64,000 nucleotides of DNA, from NCBI GenBank assembly GCA_963741905.1, contig CAVUJZ010000002.1:8599-72598 (forward strand), written 5' to 3'. This DNA comes from an uncultured Acidobacteriota bacterium (GTDB lineage Bacteria > Acidobacteriota > Thermoanaerobaculia > Gp7-AA8 > CAVUJZ01). Each line of letters starts with the position of its first letter. Position 1 is the first letter of the stretch. The position numbers and the translations under genes were made by a program. Positions 1 through 10,533 of this stretch are shown in pieces. The notes beneath the pieces were generated by a model, which was given only the letters and a program-made list of their open reading frames with translations, had not been told where the DNA came from and ran no database searches.

Positions 1-3000
1 TCACCGACCAGTTGCTGGTGTCGGCTCCCGGGGTCGGATCCAGCGCGAAGGTGAGCTGTGCCGTGGCGTCGGGGCAGAAGCTGCCACCGGTCATCGTCGC
101 GGTCGGCACGTTGATGCTGGCCACCGCATTGAGCGTGGACGTGAAGGCGCAGCCGTTCGCGTCGGTCAGGACCACGAAGTAGGTGCGGGTCCGAGCTCCG
201 GTGCTCACACCGCTCGGCGTCACCGTGCGGGTATAGCTTCCGGGCGGGAAGACTCCGGTGAGTGGCGATCCGAGGTCGACCGGCGGATTGACGCCGTCAT
301 CCTCGTACCAGCGCATCTCGGTGAAGCTGCCGGCGCCACCGGAGATCGAGGCCTTAAGCGTCACTGCGGTGTTGTCGCAGACGGTCTTCGTGAACGATCC
401 ATCATTGAAAGAGACCTCGGCGTACGGCAGCGGGTTGACTGTGAGCGTCGCATCCCGTGCGGTGCGAACCGCCGGCGCCGTCCCGGAGTTGCAGGCGTCG
501 ATCGCCACGGCCCGGAACGTCGCGTTGTCGGAAGGGGTCACCCCGGTCAGAACCAGCTCACTGGTCCAGGAGCCGCCTCCGTTGTCTGTGTTGGTAATGG
601 TGTACGCCGCGCCGGTGGTGAGATTTCCACTGGATGATCCGGCTCCCATCGAGGGCTCGATATTGGTGCCGTCCTGCCGCCAGAGGAAGGTCGTTCCGGA
701 CGGGTTGTTCAGATCGTCGCTCTGGACGTCATAGGTGTAGGTGACCGTGCTGCCGTCACAGGAGGTCTGATTCGCCGGCGCACTCACCACGGCCGGGTCA
801 TCGACGAGGTCGACGGTGGCCGAATCGGATGCCGTGCATCCGCCATTCGCCACGTCGACATTGATGATCACGCTCGAGGTCGGCTGGTCATCGGCCTGAA
901 TGGTGATGCTGGCCGAGGTCGAGGGGCTGCCACTGGTCGCATCGCCGTTGCTGCTGCCGGTGATGGTGCCCCCGGTCACCGTCCAGGTGTAGGACGCGCC
1001 GAGGCTCGGCGGAACGCTGGCGGTGAAGCTTGCCAGCGGGCAGACCTGGCTGTTGGACACGCTGGTGGTCACGCCCGCGGAAACCGGAGGGTTCACGGTC
1101 ACGGAATCAGACGCACCTGGCGTACCGGCGCAACCCGTCAGGTTGTTGGTCAGACTGGTCACGGTGTAGTTCACCGTCGTCGGGCCGACCGCGCGGTGAA
1201 GGTGAACGTCGTGGACGCGCCACTGACATTCGCTGCAGTCTGAGGTGTAGTGCCATCGGTGACCGTGACCGACCAGTCGCCATTCAAGCCCGAATCGGTC
1301 CGGGTGACGGTAACGCTGACGCTGCCGACCGAGCAGACCGGATCAGGAGTCGCGCTCACCGAGACCGCTGGCACCGGATTGACGTTCACGCTCTGGGTGA
1401 GCGTGCTGGTGCAGCCCGAGCCGTTGGTGATGTCGACCGAGAAGTCGACCGTTCCACCCGCCGCGGCGGTGACGTCGTAAGTGATCGAGCCACCGTTGGT
1501 GGGGCTGGTGATCGTGCCACGGAGGTGATGGTCCAGGAGGTCACGCTCCAACCGCCCGTATTGAGCGATGCCGTCGCTCCCGTCGCACTTTCACAGACGT
1601 CCCCCGCCACGATCGTGTCGCTGGGATTAACATTGATGTTCGCACTTCCCGTCACCGTGGTGGTGCAACCCGAGCCGTTGGTGACGTCGACCGAGAAGTC
1701 GACCGTTCCGCCGCCCGAGCCGGTCACGTCGTAGGTGATCGAGTCGGCATTGGTCGGGCTGGTGATCGTGCCGCGCCGACGTGATCGACCAGGAGATCAC
1801 GCTCCAGCCACCCGTATTCAGCGATGCCGTCGCTCCGATTGCGCCTTCGCAGACATCCGCCGCAATGACCGTGTCGCTCGGGTTCGCATTGATGTTCGCA
1901 CTTCCGGTGATGGTCGCGGTGCAGCCGGATCCGTTGGTCAGGTCGACCGAAAAGTCGACCGTGCCACCACCGAGGCCGGTCACGTCATAGGTGATCGAAT
2001 CAGCGTTAGTCGCGCTGGTGATCGTGCCGCCCGAGGTGATCGACCAGGAGATCACGCTCCAGCCACCGGTATTGAGAGACGCCGTCGCTCCCGTCGCACC
2101 TTCACAGACGTCCGCCGCCACGATCGTGTCGCTGGGCGGTCCGACGATGTTCACGCTGCCGGTGACGGTGGCCGTGCAGCCGGAGCCGTTGGTGATGTCG
2201 GCCGAGAAATCGACCGTTCCACCGGCCGAGCCGGTCACGTCGTAGGTGATCGAGTCGGTATTGGTGGCGCTGGTGATCGTGCCACCCGACGTGATGGTCC
2301 AGGAGATCACACTCCAGCCACCGGTATTGAGAGACGCCGTCGCGCCTGTCGCTCCGACACACACGTCGGAGGCAACGATGCTGTCGACGGGATTGGCATT
2401 GATGTTCGCACTCCCGAGGATCGTCGCGGTGCAACCCGCGGCGTTGGTCACGTCGACCGAGAAGTCGACCGTCCCACCGCCGGAACCGGTCACGTCGTAG
2501 GTGATCGAATCACCGTTGGTCGGACCTGTGATCGTCCCGCCGGAAGTGATCGTCCAGGAGGTGACACTCCATCCGCCCGTATTGAGGGACGCTATCGCGC
2601 CCGTCGCACCCTCGCAAACATCCGCCGCCACGATTGTATCGCTCGGGGCGGTGTTGATGTTCGCACTTCCCGTGACGGTAGCCATGCAGCCTGCCCCGTT
2701 GGTCAGGTCGATCGAGAAGTCGACCGTCCCACCGCCGGAACCGGTCACGTCGTAGGTGATCGAGTCACCGTTCGTCGGGCCGGTGATCGTCCCGCCCGAG
2801 GTGATGGTCCAGGCGATGACCGACCAACCTCCGGTATTCAGAGACGCCGTCGCACCCGTCGCTCCTTCGCAGACGTCGGCCGCCACGATCGTATCGCTCG
2901 GATTGGCGTTGATGTTCGCACTGGCAGTCACCGTGGTGGTGCAGCCCGAGCCGTTGGTGATGTTCACCGAAAAGTCGACGGTTCCACCGCCGGAACCGGT

Positions 3001-4362
3001 CACGTCATAGGTGATCGAGTTCCCGTTCGCCGCGCTGGTGATCGTCCCGCCCGAGGTGATGGTCCAGGCGATGACCGACCAACCTCCGGTATTCAGAGAC
3101 GCCGTCGCACCCGTCGCTCCTTCGCAGACGTCGGCCGCCACGATCGTGTCGGCCGGGGTCGCATCGACATCGATGAACGTCGTGTCGGTTCCGACACACC
3201 CAGTAGCGTTAGTGACGGTTACGCGATAGTAGGTGGGCGTCAGGGGTGTTTTGGTGATCGTCTGACCGGTGTCGCCGGTCGGGGTGAAGGTGACGTTGTC
3301 CGGCGAGGACTCCCACACATAGCCGGAGTACACCCCGGCGTCGAGAGTGATCGAGCTGCCCTGGCAGGCCGGGTTGGTTCCGGCGGTGAGGGTGATCGAT
3401 GGTGTCGGGTTGGCGTTGACCGTCAGCTCCGCAGGGGCGCTGACCGCCTGCGTGGAGGACCCGCAGGCATCGCGAACCCGCAGACGGTACTGGTTGCCGC
3501 TCATTCCGGCAGTGACGTTACTCAGCGTCAGCGTATTCGTCGTGGCCCCCGAGATTTGGGGCCCGTTGGAGATCGCACCACTCCCGACCAGAAGCCACTG
3601 ATAACTGAGGCTCGCCGATTCGGGATCGGTCGCGCTCGCCGTGAAGACCACCGTCCCCCCCTCGCAGGAGCCGACTGACCGGCCGGATCTGCGTGTGATC
3701 GACGGCGCCTCGTTCACCGTCACCGCGAAGCCTGCTGACGCAGCCGACGCACAGCCGCCGTCGGTTACGACGACGGTGTAGGTTCCCTCGCTACTCGCGC
3801 TCGAGGTTGCCGTGTAATTCGCGTTGCTGTCGCCATCGCTCACCGGGGTTCCGTCGAGGTACCACTGGTAGGTCTGGCCTAAGAGTAGGTACCGCTCGGG
3901 AGCGGCGGTCAGGCGAGATCGAATCGCCTCGCAGACGCTGCTGGTCCCGGTGATCTGAGGCGTCGCCGGAACTGGGTTGACCGTGATGTCGCGGCGGCGT
4001 CGGTGAACCCGGCGGTTCATGCTGGCAGCCGCCGGCATCCACGATCTTGGTGATGCTGTGAGCGGTACGGAGACCGGTTGCCGTCGGAGTGACACTGAAC
4101 GTGTAGTTCAGGCGGACGGTATGGTCGTCGGAAGCCCGTCCGGGATTCCCTGCGTCGCCGGATCCCACGTCACAGTAAATGGTGCCGTTCCCTCGGGAAC
4201 ACGAGCGTCAGATTCACCGCCTCGCCATCACAGATCTGACTGCGCTCTCCGTGAAGTGATACTGACCTGGGCTGCGGGTTCACCGTCAGAGTGGCGATGT
4301 CCGAGGTCACGTACCGCACTCGTCGGCATGATCACGATGATAGAACTGCCAGCCGTCAGCGA
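1..4362 (-). pseudogene. Distal part of a giant secreted repeat adhesin (Ig-like ~85-aa tandem domains). The frame is broken many times, and the 3' end lies beyond position 1.
   Basis: The minus-strand translation is domain-like across the whole interval but switches frame repeatedly, near 1180, 1500-1560, 1770, 4000-4100, and many times in 4100-4620. ORF 1627..4095 holds six repeats of DTIVAADVCEGATGATASLNTGGWSV...SITYDVTGSGGGTVDFSV..NGSGC. YQWY and LTVNP Ig-like motifs are present. My own translation of 1-1170 (minus) stays open to the window edge. Confidence 0.6.
1390..3170 (-). repeat. About 7 tandem copies of a 255-bp (85-codon) coding repeat inside the adhesin gene
   Basis: Unit boundaries fall at 1481, 1735, 1991, 2246, 2501, 2756 and 3011. 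Spacing is 255 bp, except 254 and 256 bp where single-nt indels break the frame. The units are near-identical at the DNA level. Confidence 0.85.
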
Positions 4363-7140
4363 CTAAGCCCCACGTTGCTCAGAGTAAGAGTGGCAGCTCT
4401 GGGCACCGCTCCACTTCAATCGAACTGCGCATCGCTGCCGTCGTTCGTCGCGATCGGGGGTAAGCCGGATCGATCGTCGCGTACCACTGGTACGTCCGGG
4501 AGCTCGGGGTCGTCTTCGTTGGCTCCGGTCGAGGTGACATTGAACTGCGCGGTCCCGCCGATCGCAGGCGGATTGTCGGCGAGGGCACTGAGGACCGGCG
4601 GCGTGAACGGTGACAACGCAGGTGGCCAGGAAGATCGAGCCGAAGACGTCGCCGGGGTTCGGGCTGATCGCTCCGCCATCCGGAAGGCCGCCGCCGAGGG
4701 TGTCCTGATTATCATTGGCCCAGGCGAAGAGGATGTGGACGCCTGGCTGAATGCCGGCGAGAGTGGTTCTCCACTCCCCATTCTCATCCCTGACCGCTTC
4801 CTTCCACCGCCCCTGCATGGTGTCGACCTGGTAGTAGATCTTCTGAACCGCGGGGGTGTTCTCCTGGGTGGACGTCGCCGCAAAGGTGAACGACGGCGAC
4901 AGGGAGGTCTGCATCGGGTCCTCGTCGGGAACGGCGTCGATGGTGAGAGGATGACGCTTCGATGCATGGATCTGGTCGACGATGGTGACGTTGCCGCTGT
5001 CCGCGTTGGCGACGTAGAGCTTGCCGTTGAGCGGATTGAAGGCCACGCCTGCCGGATTGACACCCGCATCCAGGGTGGTGGAGACCGCTCCGGTGGCGCC
5101 GTCGAGAATGGTCACCGAATTCCCGTCGGCGTTGATGATGTAGACCTTGTTGTTGATCGGATTGACGCTCAGTGCCACCGGCGTGTGTCCGACGCTCACG
5201 GTCGGGATGGTCAGCGCCGGCCGGGGTGCTGCATGGCGGCGACCGCTGGTGTTCGCGGAGGCTCCCTTGCCGGCCTGATACTCCGGATCGACCGGCTCGC
5301 GTTCAATGATGCTGACCCGATCGGAGGCGGTGTGGAGGACGTAGATCCTGCCGGAGAAGGGATTGAATCCGAGGTCGCTGGCGCTGTCCCGCACGTTGAT
5401 CGTGGAGACCTGCTCGGTCTGGCCATCGATGATCGAGACCATGCCGCCGGACCGGGCGACATACACCTCGTCGGCCTGGGGGTTGACCTCGATGGCGGTC
5501 TGTCCGTCGCCAACCTCGATCTGGCGCACGGCACCCGCGCGGGCCTGGATGACGGAAACGAAGGATGCACCGGAGTGGGCCACCCAGACTTCGTCGGTCG
5601 CCGGGTTCACGGAAAGCGCCTCGGGCTGGATGCCGACCTCGAACGAGCGTCGCTCGTGAGTGATCCCGTCGATCTCGGTGACCGTCCCGTCGCCGCGGTT
5701 GGCCACATAGATCTTGTTCATGACCGGATTGACCGCAACCGCGACCGGATCGATACCGACGCTCAGGTCGGTGACCGAATCATCCCGGGTATCGATCACC
5801 TTGAGCAGATTGGATCCATCGTTGGTCGTCGCGTAGATTCGATTGGTGCGCGGATTGACCGCGATGCCGCTCTGGCCGGCCCCCACCTGGATCGGGCGGG
5901 TCGCGTTCGTCTCGCCGTCGATCTCGGTGATCTCGCTGCTCCCGCGATTGGCGAGATACATCTTGTTGGAGAAGGGATTGAACGCGAACCGCCGCGGACG
6001 GACACCCGAGCCCACCGTGGTGGTCTCGTTGGTGGCCGCGTCGACGACGGTGACGCTGTTGCCGAAGCTGTTTGCGACGTAGAGTTTGTTCGTCAGCGGA
6101 TTGATGGTGATTCCAAGCGGCGCATCGCCGACCTGGAACTGCCCCACCACCCGATCGGAGTCACCGTCGATGATGCTGACCGACGAGCTGCCGTGGTTGA
6201 TGACGTAGACCCGCTGATTGGTGGTATTGATCGAGATCCCCGCGGGATCGGATCCGACCTCGAGGCTCGCGCGAACCGCATTGGACTCCCCGTCGATGAT
6301 CGAAACGGTGCTGCTCCCGCGGTTCGCCACATAGAGACGGTTGGTCACCGGGTTAATCGCGACCCGGTCCGGGAAGCTTCCCGCCGGCAGAGCCACGGTG
6401 GCGATCACGTCATCCGATTCTCCGTCGATGACGGCAACCGTGTCACCGCCACGATTCGCCACGTAGAGGCGGTTGGTCGTGGCGTTGATCGCCATTCCAC
6501 CCGGCCGCATGGAGCTGCCGAGGACGATGCTTCCCGCGACGGACCCGTCGGCGATGACGCTGACCGTTCCGTCGGCACCATTGGTCACGTAGACGCGGCT
6601 GGTCGCGGGATTGACTGCAATCGCGTACGGATCATTCCCCACCGGAAGGGTGGCGATCACCCGGCTCTCGACACCGTCGATGACCGAGACCGACCCCTGC
6701 GCACCGTCGGGACGGTTCAGGACATAGATCCGGTTCGCAACCGAATCCACCGCGATGGCGCTCGGCCGCTGACCGACCGGAATCGAGACGGTATTCATCT
6801 CGCGGTCGACCATGGTCACGCTGCCGCTCGCGGAATCGGCGACATAGACCCGGCCGGTGGCCGCGTTCACCCCGATCGCATTCGGCGCAAGACCGACGGG
6901 AATCCGTACGGTCCGGTTGGTCGCCCCATCCAGGACGATCAACTGCCTCCCGGTGGATTCGGCGATGTAGATCTGGTTGGTCACCGGATCCACGGCAATC
7001 GGGAACGGAGATCCCGACGTGGCCACCTTCGCCGTCACGTTCTGGGCCTGGGCCGCCGGTACTGCAGGCAGAAGCGCCAGAACAACCATCAGGGCAATCA
7101 TCAGACGTCCGATCATCGTATTCACAGTGGATCCTTTCAT
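4363..7140 (-). CDS. Secreted YVTN-family beta-propeller repeat protein, probably the N-terminal part of the same giant adhesin gene
   Basis: The ORF is 925 aa with signal peptide MIGRLMIALMVVLALLPAVPAAQA. It has many ~40-aa repeats of the type ..P.GIAVNP.TNRVYVAN..S.TVSVID. The last ~90 codons are Arg-rich nonsense, while another frame continues with domain-like sequence, which places a frame break near 4600-4620. Confidence 0.8.
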   Translation of the reverse strand: MKGSTVNTMIGRLMIALMVVLALLPAVPAAQAQNVTAKVATSGSPFPIAVDPVTNQIYIAESTGRQLIVLDGATNRTVRIPVGLAPNAIGVNAATGRVYVADSASGSVTMVDREMNTVSIPVGQRPSAIAVDSVANRIYVLNRPDGAQGSVSVIDGVESRVIATLPVGNDPYAIAVNPATSRVYVTNGADGTVSVIADGSVAGSIVLGSSMRPGGMAINATTNRLYVANRGGDTVAVIDGESDDVIATVALPAGSFPDRVAINPVTNRLYVANRGSSTVSIIDGESNAVRASLEVGSDPAGISINTTNQRVYVINHGSSSVSIIDGDSDRVVGQFQVGDAPLGITINPLTNKLYVANSFGNSVTVVDAATNETTTVGSGVRPRRFAFNPFSNKMYLANRGSSEITEIDGETNATRPIQVGAGQSGIAVNPRTNRIYATTNDGSNLLKVIDTRDDSVTDLSVGIDPVAVAVNPVMNKIYVANRGDGTVTEIDGITHERRSFEVGIQPEALSVNPATDEVWVAHSGASFVSVIQARAGAVRQIEVGDGQTAIEVNPQADEVYVARSGGMVSIIDGQTEQVSTINVRDSASDLGFNPFSGRIYVLHTASDRVSIIEREPVDPEYQAGKGASANTSGRRHAAPRPALTIPTVSVGHTPVALSVNPINNKVYIINADGNSVTILDGATGAVSTTLDAGVNPAGVAFNPLNGKLYVANADSGNVTIVDQIHASKRHPLTIDAVPDEDPMQTSLSPSFTFAATSTQENTPAVQKIYYQVDTMQGRWKEAVRDENGEWRTTLAGIQPGVHILFAWANDNQDTLGGGLPDGGAISPNPGDVFGSIFLATCVVTVHAAGPQCPRRQSACDRRDRAVQCHLDRSQRRRPRAPGRTSGTRRSIRLTPDRDERRQRCAVRLKWSGAQSCHSYSEQRGA

Positions 7141-7585
7141 TGCGGTCGACTCCTCGCCGGGTCTGGTGATAGAGCGTGTCCTCGCGTGAACCCCCGAACC
7201 GGAGGCTCCGCTCTACGGAACAACTGCTGTCGTCGGAAAGCTCACGGAAGGAACGCATGCCTCACCTCGTCTCCCTGCTTCGTTTCTTCGTTCAGCCGAA
7301 ACCCACGAAAAAACTCGGGCCAGTCAGGAATTGCGAGGTGAAAACCTGGCGTGCCGGGACGTCGCGTCTCGGGGAGACCGGACGTCCACCCGAATTCGGG
7401 CAGTGCCCGGCGACGCGATGCCCAATGAAGGAGATACCTGCCGCACAAGCCGCTCCATCTTCCCGAAATCATCTCCGCCAAGAGACTGCGATTTCGGGCC
7501 CCACAACCCACGAACCATAAAACTGCGACTGCTCGAATTTTCGGGCTTCGACTTCACTGACGTCCAGGACGAGGGCGATTCTATA

Positions 7586-8611
7586 TCAGGAAAATTTCAA
7601 CTTCAAATTCTTTTTTCCGATTCGGAACAAATGTGAGCCTTCCCGGCACGCAGGAGAACCGTTCCGCAGCCGGGAAACCAGGGGCGATTGTCGTCCTTGA
7701 AAGGCTGATGACCGACGGACGATCCGAGGAGACGCGAGCCACTCCTGCACTACGGTGGCAGGGGAGCGCTTCCTTCCGTCGACCTCGAAGTTGAGCCGGC
7801 GCATCGTGGCGTCGTCGATCGAGCCTGCGAGCGACTGGAGGGCAGCCGGGGCCGCGGCGCAGCGCGCACCGAGGTTGTGGCGACTGACCACCGCGGCCTG
7901 GTAGGGAGGGAAGAAGGTCCGGTCGTCGCGCAGGACCGCCAGATCCAGAGCCTCGATCAGACCGTCGGTGGAGTTTCCGGCGATCAGGTCCACCTGGCCC
8001 GATGCGAGCGCCTTGTAGGTCAGACCCAGATCCATGGTCTTCGGATCACGCTCGAAGTCGAGACCGTACGCCCGCTGGAGGCCCTTCCATCCATCCGGCC
8101 GCTCAGTGAACTCGTAGCCGAATCCCGGTTGAAAATCATTCTCGACCTGGTGCAGATCCGAGATGGTCTGCAGCCCCAGTTGCCGTGCGTCCCCTCCGCG
8201 GACGATCATCGCGAAAGTGTTCTCGAATCCGAGATCCGGCCCCCACCGGAGACCGGCGTCCGCATAAGCACGGCGCACCGTCTCCTCCACCTCGGAGCGA
8301 TCTCCGCTGACCGGCCGGCCCAGGATCGCAGTCAGAGCGGTGCCGGAGTACTCCACGTAGGCGTCCAGGTCCCCGGAGCGGATCGCCGTGTCGCAGACGA
8401 AGGTACCTCCCATGTTCAGCTTCCGGTCCACCCGACAGCCGGCATCCTCGAGCTTCCGGGCGATCAACTCCCCCAGAATCACCGACTCGGTGAAGTTCTT
8501 CGAGCCCACGGTGATCACGTTCTGCCGACGTCCCCCACAGCTCAGTCCTGCCAAGGCAAGCATGAGCAGAAGGAGCATTCTCTTCGGCGCATTCACATCG
8601 ATTCCTTTCAC
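7586..8611 (-). CDS. ABC transporter substrate-binding lipoprotein, glycine-betaine/osmoprotectant (OpuC/OsmX/YehZ) type
   Basis: It has a lipoprotein-like signal LLMLALAGLSCGG. The ITVGSKNFTESVILGELIA...DAYVEYSGTAL pattern is typical of this binding-protein family. It is the last gene of a three-gene ABC unit. Confidence 0.75.
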   Translation of the reverse strand: MKGIDVNAPKRMLLLLMLALAGLSCGGRRQNVITVGSKNFTESVILGELIARKLEDAGCRVDRKLNMGGTFVCDTAIRSGDLDAYVEYSGTALTAILGRPVSGDRSEVEETVRRAYADAGLRWGPDLGFENTFAMIVRGGDARQLGLQTISDLHQVENDFQPGFGYEFTERPDGWKGLQRAYGLDFERDPKTMDLGLTYKALASGQVDLIAGNSTDGLIEALDLAVLRDDRTFFPPYQAAVVSRHNLGARCAAAPAALQSLAGSIDDATMRRLNFEVDGRKRSPATVVQEWLASPRIVRRSSAFQGRQSPLVSRLRNGSPACREGSHLFRIGKKNLKLKFS

Positions 8612-9246
8612 CTTGCCTCACCACGTCCACGAGCAAGCCTCCGCTCCAGCCAGCTCAGGCCGGCGTCGGCCAGCAGGGCGAGCAATGCAGCAGGGAGTGC
8701 GCCAGCGATCAGCAGCCGGCTGTCGACCATCGCGATGCCCCGGAAGATGAGCGTCCCCAGCCCGCCTCCTCCAATGGCCGCGGCGATCGTGGCGACCCCG
8801 ATCCCGATCACCGTGGCCAGGCGGACACCCCCGACAATGGAGGGCATCGCCAACGGAATCTCCACCTGCCGAAGGCGCTGGCCGGAGGTCAGACCCAGAG
8901 CCACTGCCGTCTCCCGGAACAGCGGGTCGATTCCCTCCAGACCGGTCACCGTGTTGCGCACGATCGGCAGAAGCGAGTAGAGCACCAGTGCGAGAATCGC
9001 CGTCTTCATTCCGATCCCGCCGATCCAGGGCAGCGGGATGAGCAGACCGAACAGCGCCAGCGAGGGAACGGTCTGAATTCCGTCGATCGCGCGGAGGACG
9101 ATCCTTCCCAGGGTCCGATGACGGCTGCAGTAGATTCCGATCGGAATGCCGAGCACCACGGCGATCCCCACGGAGATGGCCACGATCTCGAGGTGTTCGG
9201 CAGTCATTCCCAAAATCTCTGCACCGTGATCCCGAAGAAAGCTCAT
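8608..9246 (-). CDS. ABC transporter permease (osmoprotectant type)
   Basis: The 212-aa protein is polytopic and hydrophobic. It overlaps both neighbours by 4 nt and sits between the ATPase and the binding protein. Confidence 0.75.
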   Translation of the reverse strand: MSFLRDHGAEILGMTAEHLEIVAISVGIAVVLGIPIGIYCSRHRTLGRIVLRAIDGIQTVPSLALFGLLIPLPWIGGIGMKTAILALVLYSLLPIVRNTVTGLEGIDPLFRETAVALGLTSGQRLRQVEIPLAMPSIVGGVRLATVIGIGVATIAAAIGGGGLGTLIFRGIAMVDSRLLIAGALPAALLALLADAGLSWLERRLARGRGEAR

Positions 9247-10007
9247 GCCTGCTCCTCCTGTGAGCTCTCGTGCAGCAGTGTCACGCTCGAGACCAGCGCG
9301 CGTGCCAGCGGATCGGGGTGACGCAGAAACTCCGATGCAGGAACGTCGACCCGGACTTCGCCTTCGTCGATCAGGACCAGCCTTCCCGCCACCCGGAGGG
9401 CCTCCGGCAGATCGTGCGTGACGAAGAGGATGGTCGTGCCCCGCTCTCCTCGGATCCGGACGAACGTCTCCTGCAACTCACCACGGACCAGGGGATCGAG
9501 AGCGCCGAACGGTTCGTCGCAGAGTAGAATGTCCGGCTCGAAGATCAGAGCCCGGACAATGCCGACACGCTGCTGTTCCCCTCCGGAAAGGCTCCGGGGA
9601 AAGCGCGCCCCGAACTCCTCGATCGGCAGCCCTACCAGGCGGAACAGCCTCTCTGCTTCGCGTCGAATCCTCGTCTCGTCCCACCGGAGAAGCCGCGGAA
9701 CGATCGCGGCGTTGTCGAACACGGTACGGTGTGGAAAGAGACCGACGCCCTGAATGATGTATCCGATCCGCCTTCGCAGCGCGATCAGATCGATCTCGGC
9801 CATCGCGTCCCGATCGATCCGGACCACCCCGCGGCTGGCTCGTTGCAGCCCGTTGACCAGACGCAGCGCGGTGGTCTTTCCGGCACCGCTGCGCCCGATC
9901 AGCGCGACTGATTCTCCCGCATCGATTCGCAGACTCAGGTCCCTCAGAATGGTGCGTCCGCCATCCACCTCGACGGAGACCTGTTCGAATGCAACCGAGG
10001 ACGACAT
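9243..10007 (-). CDS. ABC transporter ATP-binding protein
   Basis: It has Walker A GRSGAGKT, signature LSGGEQQR and Walker B ILLCDEPF. The start is taken at ATG 10007 (MSSSVAFEQV). The ORF is open upstream to 10100, so the start is uncertain. Confidence 0.8.
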   Translation of the reverse strand: MSSSVAFEQVSVEVDGGRTILRDLSLRIDAGESVALIGRSGAGKTTALRLVNGLQRASRGVVRIDRDAMAEIDLIALRRRIGYIIQGVGLFPHRTVFDNAAIVPRLLRWDETRIRREAERLFRLVGLPIEEFGARFPRSLSGGEQQRVGIVRALIFEPDILLCDEPFGALDPLVRGELQETFVRIRGERGTTILFVTHDLPEALRVAGRLVLIDEGEVRVDVPASEFLRHPDPLARALVSSVTLLHESSQEEQA

Positions 10008-10131
10008 CGGGATAGAGTACCAGTGAGGGAACCGAGCCTGGATTTCTCTCATCGCCTCGAGCCCTGCCTGACCCGCACCCGAAGCCTCTCCGCCATTCAC
10101 CGGTCCGGATCCGCAATTCGCCGGAAATCGG

Positions 10132-10533
10132 ATGACCTCCTGGCCCGCGGGCCCTATCGTGGCTCAAGTGATGACGAACCGCAGATCCGCAATCGTGATG
10201 TTCCGGCCCGACATGCCGTTGCTGTCCATCGTCGCGCCTGCCGCTCTCGCGACCATCGCCCTGCTGGTGCTGAGTGGCAGGATCGATCCGCACCGGATGT
10301 ATGCGGTCGTCGAGCTCTGGCCGATTGCACTGATCACCCTTGGCCTCGAATCGTTCCGTCGGAGACGATCGCTCAATCAGGGAGCGATCCTGATTACCGT
10401 CGGAAGCGGGGGCGCTCTGCTCCACGTCCTTTTCTCCACCGATGCGCTGAGCGGGCTGGCCTGGGTTCTGATGGTGATCGGGGTCGGGCTGGTCTTCAGC
10501 GCCCTGCGACGCGGGCCGGGAGGAACGGCATGA
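10132..10533 (+). CDS. Small polytopic membrane protein (hypothetical)
   Basis: The 133-aa ORF has several hydrophobic segments. Its stop overlaps the next start (ATGA at 10530-10533). Confidence 0.45.
   Translation: MTSWPAGPIVAQVMTNRRSAIVMFRPDMPLLSIVAPAALATIALLVLSGRIDPHRMYAVVELWPIALITLGLESFRRRRSLNQGAILITVGSGGALLHVLFSTDALSGLAWVLMVIGVGLVFSALRRGPGGTA

Noticed and set aside
1735-3229. A ladder of plus-strand 84-aa ORFs, all starting MIES/MIEF... at 255-bp intervals (1991, 2246, 2501, 2756, 3011), looks like a tandem family of small genes.
   Set aside because: They are the antisense shadow of the 255-bp coding repeat on the minus strand. The minus frame carries the recognisable Ig-like domain sequence. 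The plus ORFs simply repeat because the template repeats.
4291-7341. Very long antisense ORFs lie opposite real genes: 4291..7341 (+), 16531..19059 (+), 26996..29047 (+), 50421..52115 and 52128..53840 (+), 35250..36557 (-), 37593..39416 (-), 61326..62627 (+), and 1735..3678 (+).
   Set aside because: Their products are Arg/Gly/Asp/His/Pro-rich with no motifs. In each case the opposite strand encodes an unmistakable conserved protein (YVTN propeller, kinases, Lhr, LysC, DapA/DapD, Pgk). Long open antisense frames are expected at this G+C content.
7141-7585. Overlapping small ORFs (7176..7520, 7242..7511, 7324..7557, 7331..7636) lie in the 445-bp spacer upstream of the adhesin gene.
   Set aside because: They mutually overlap in several frames and have no RBS or motifs. 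The region is more plausibly the promoter and leader of the giant gene. I could not identify specific promoter elements.
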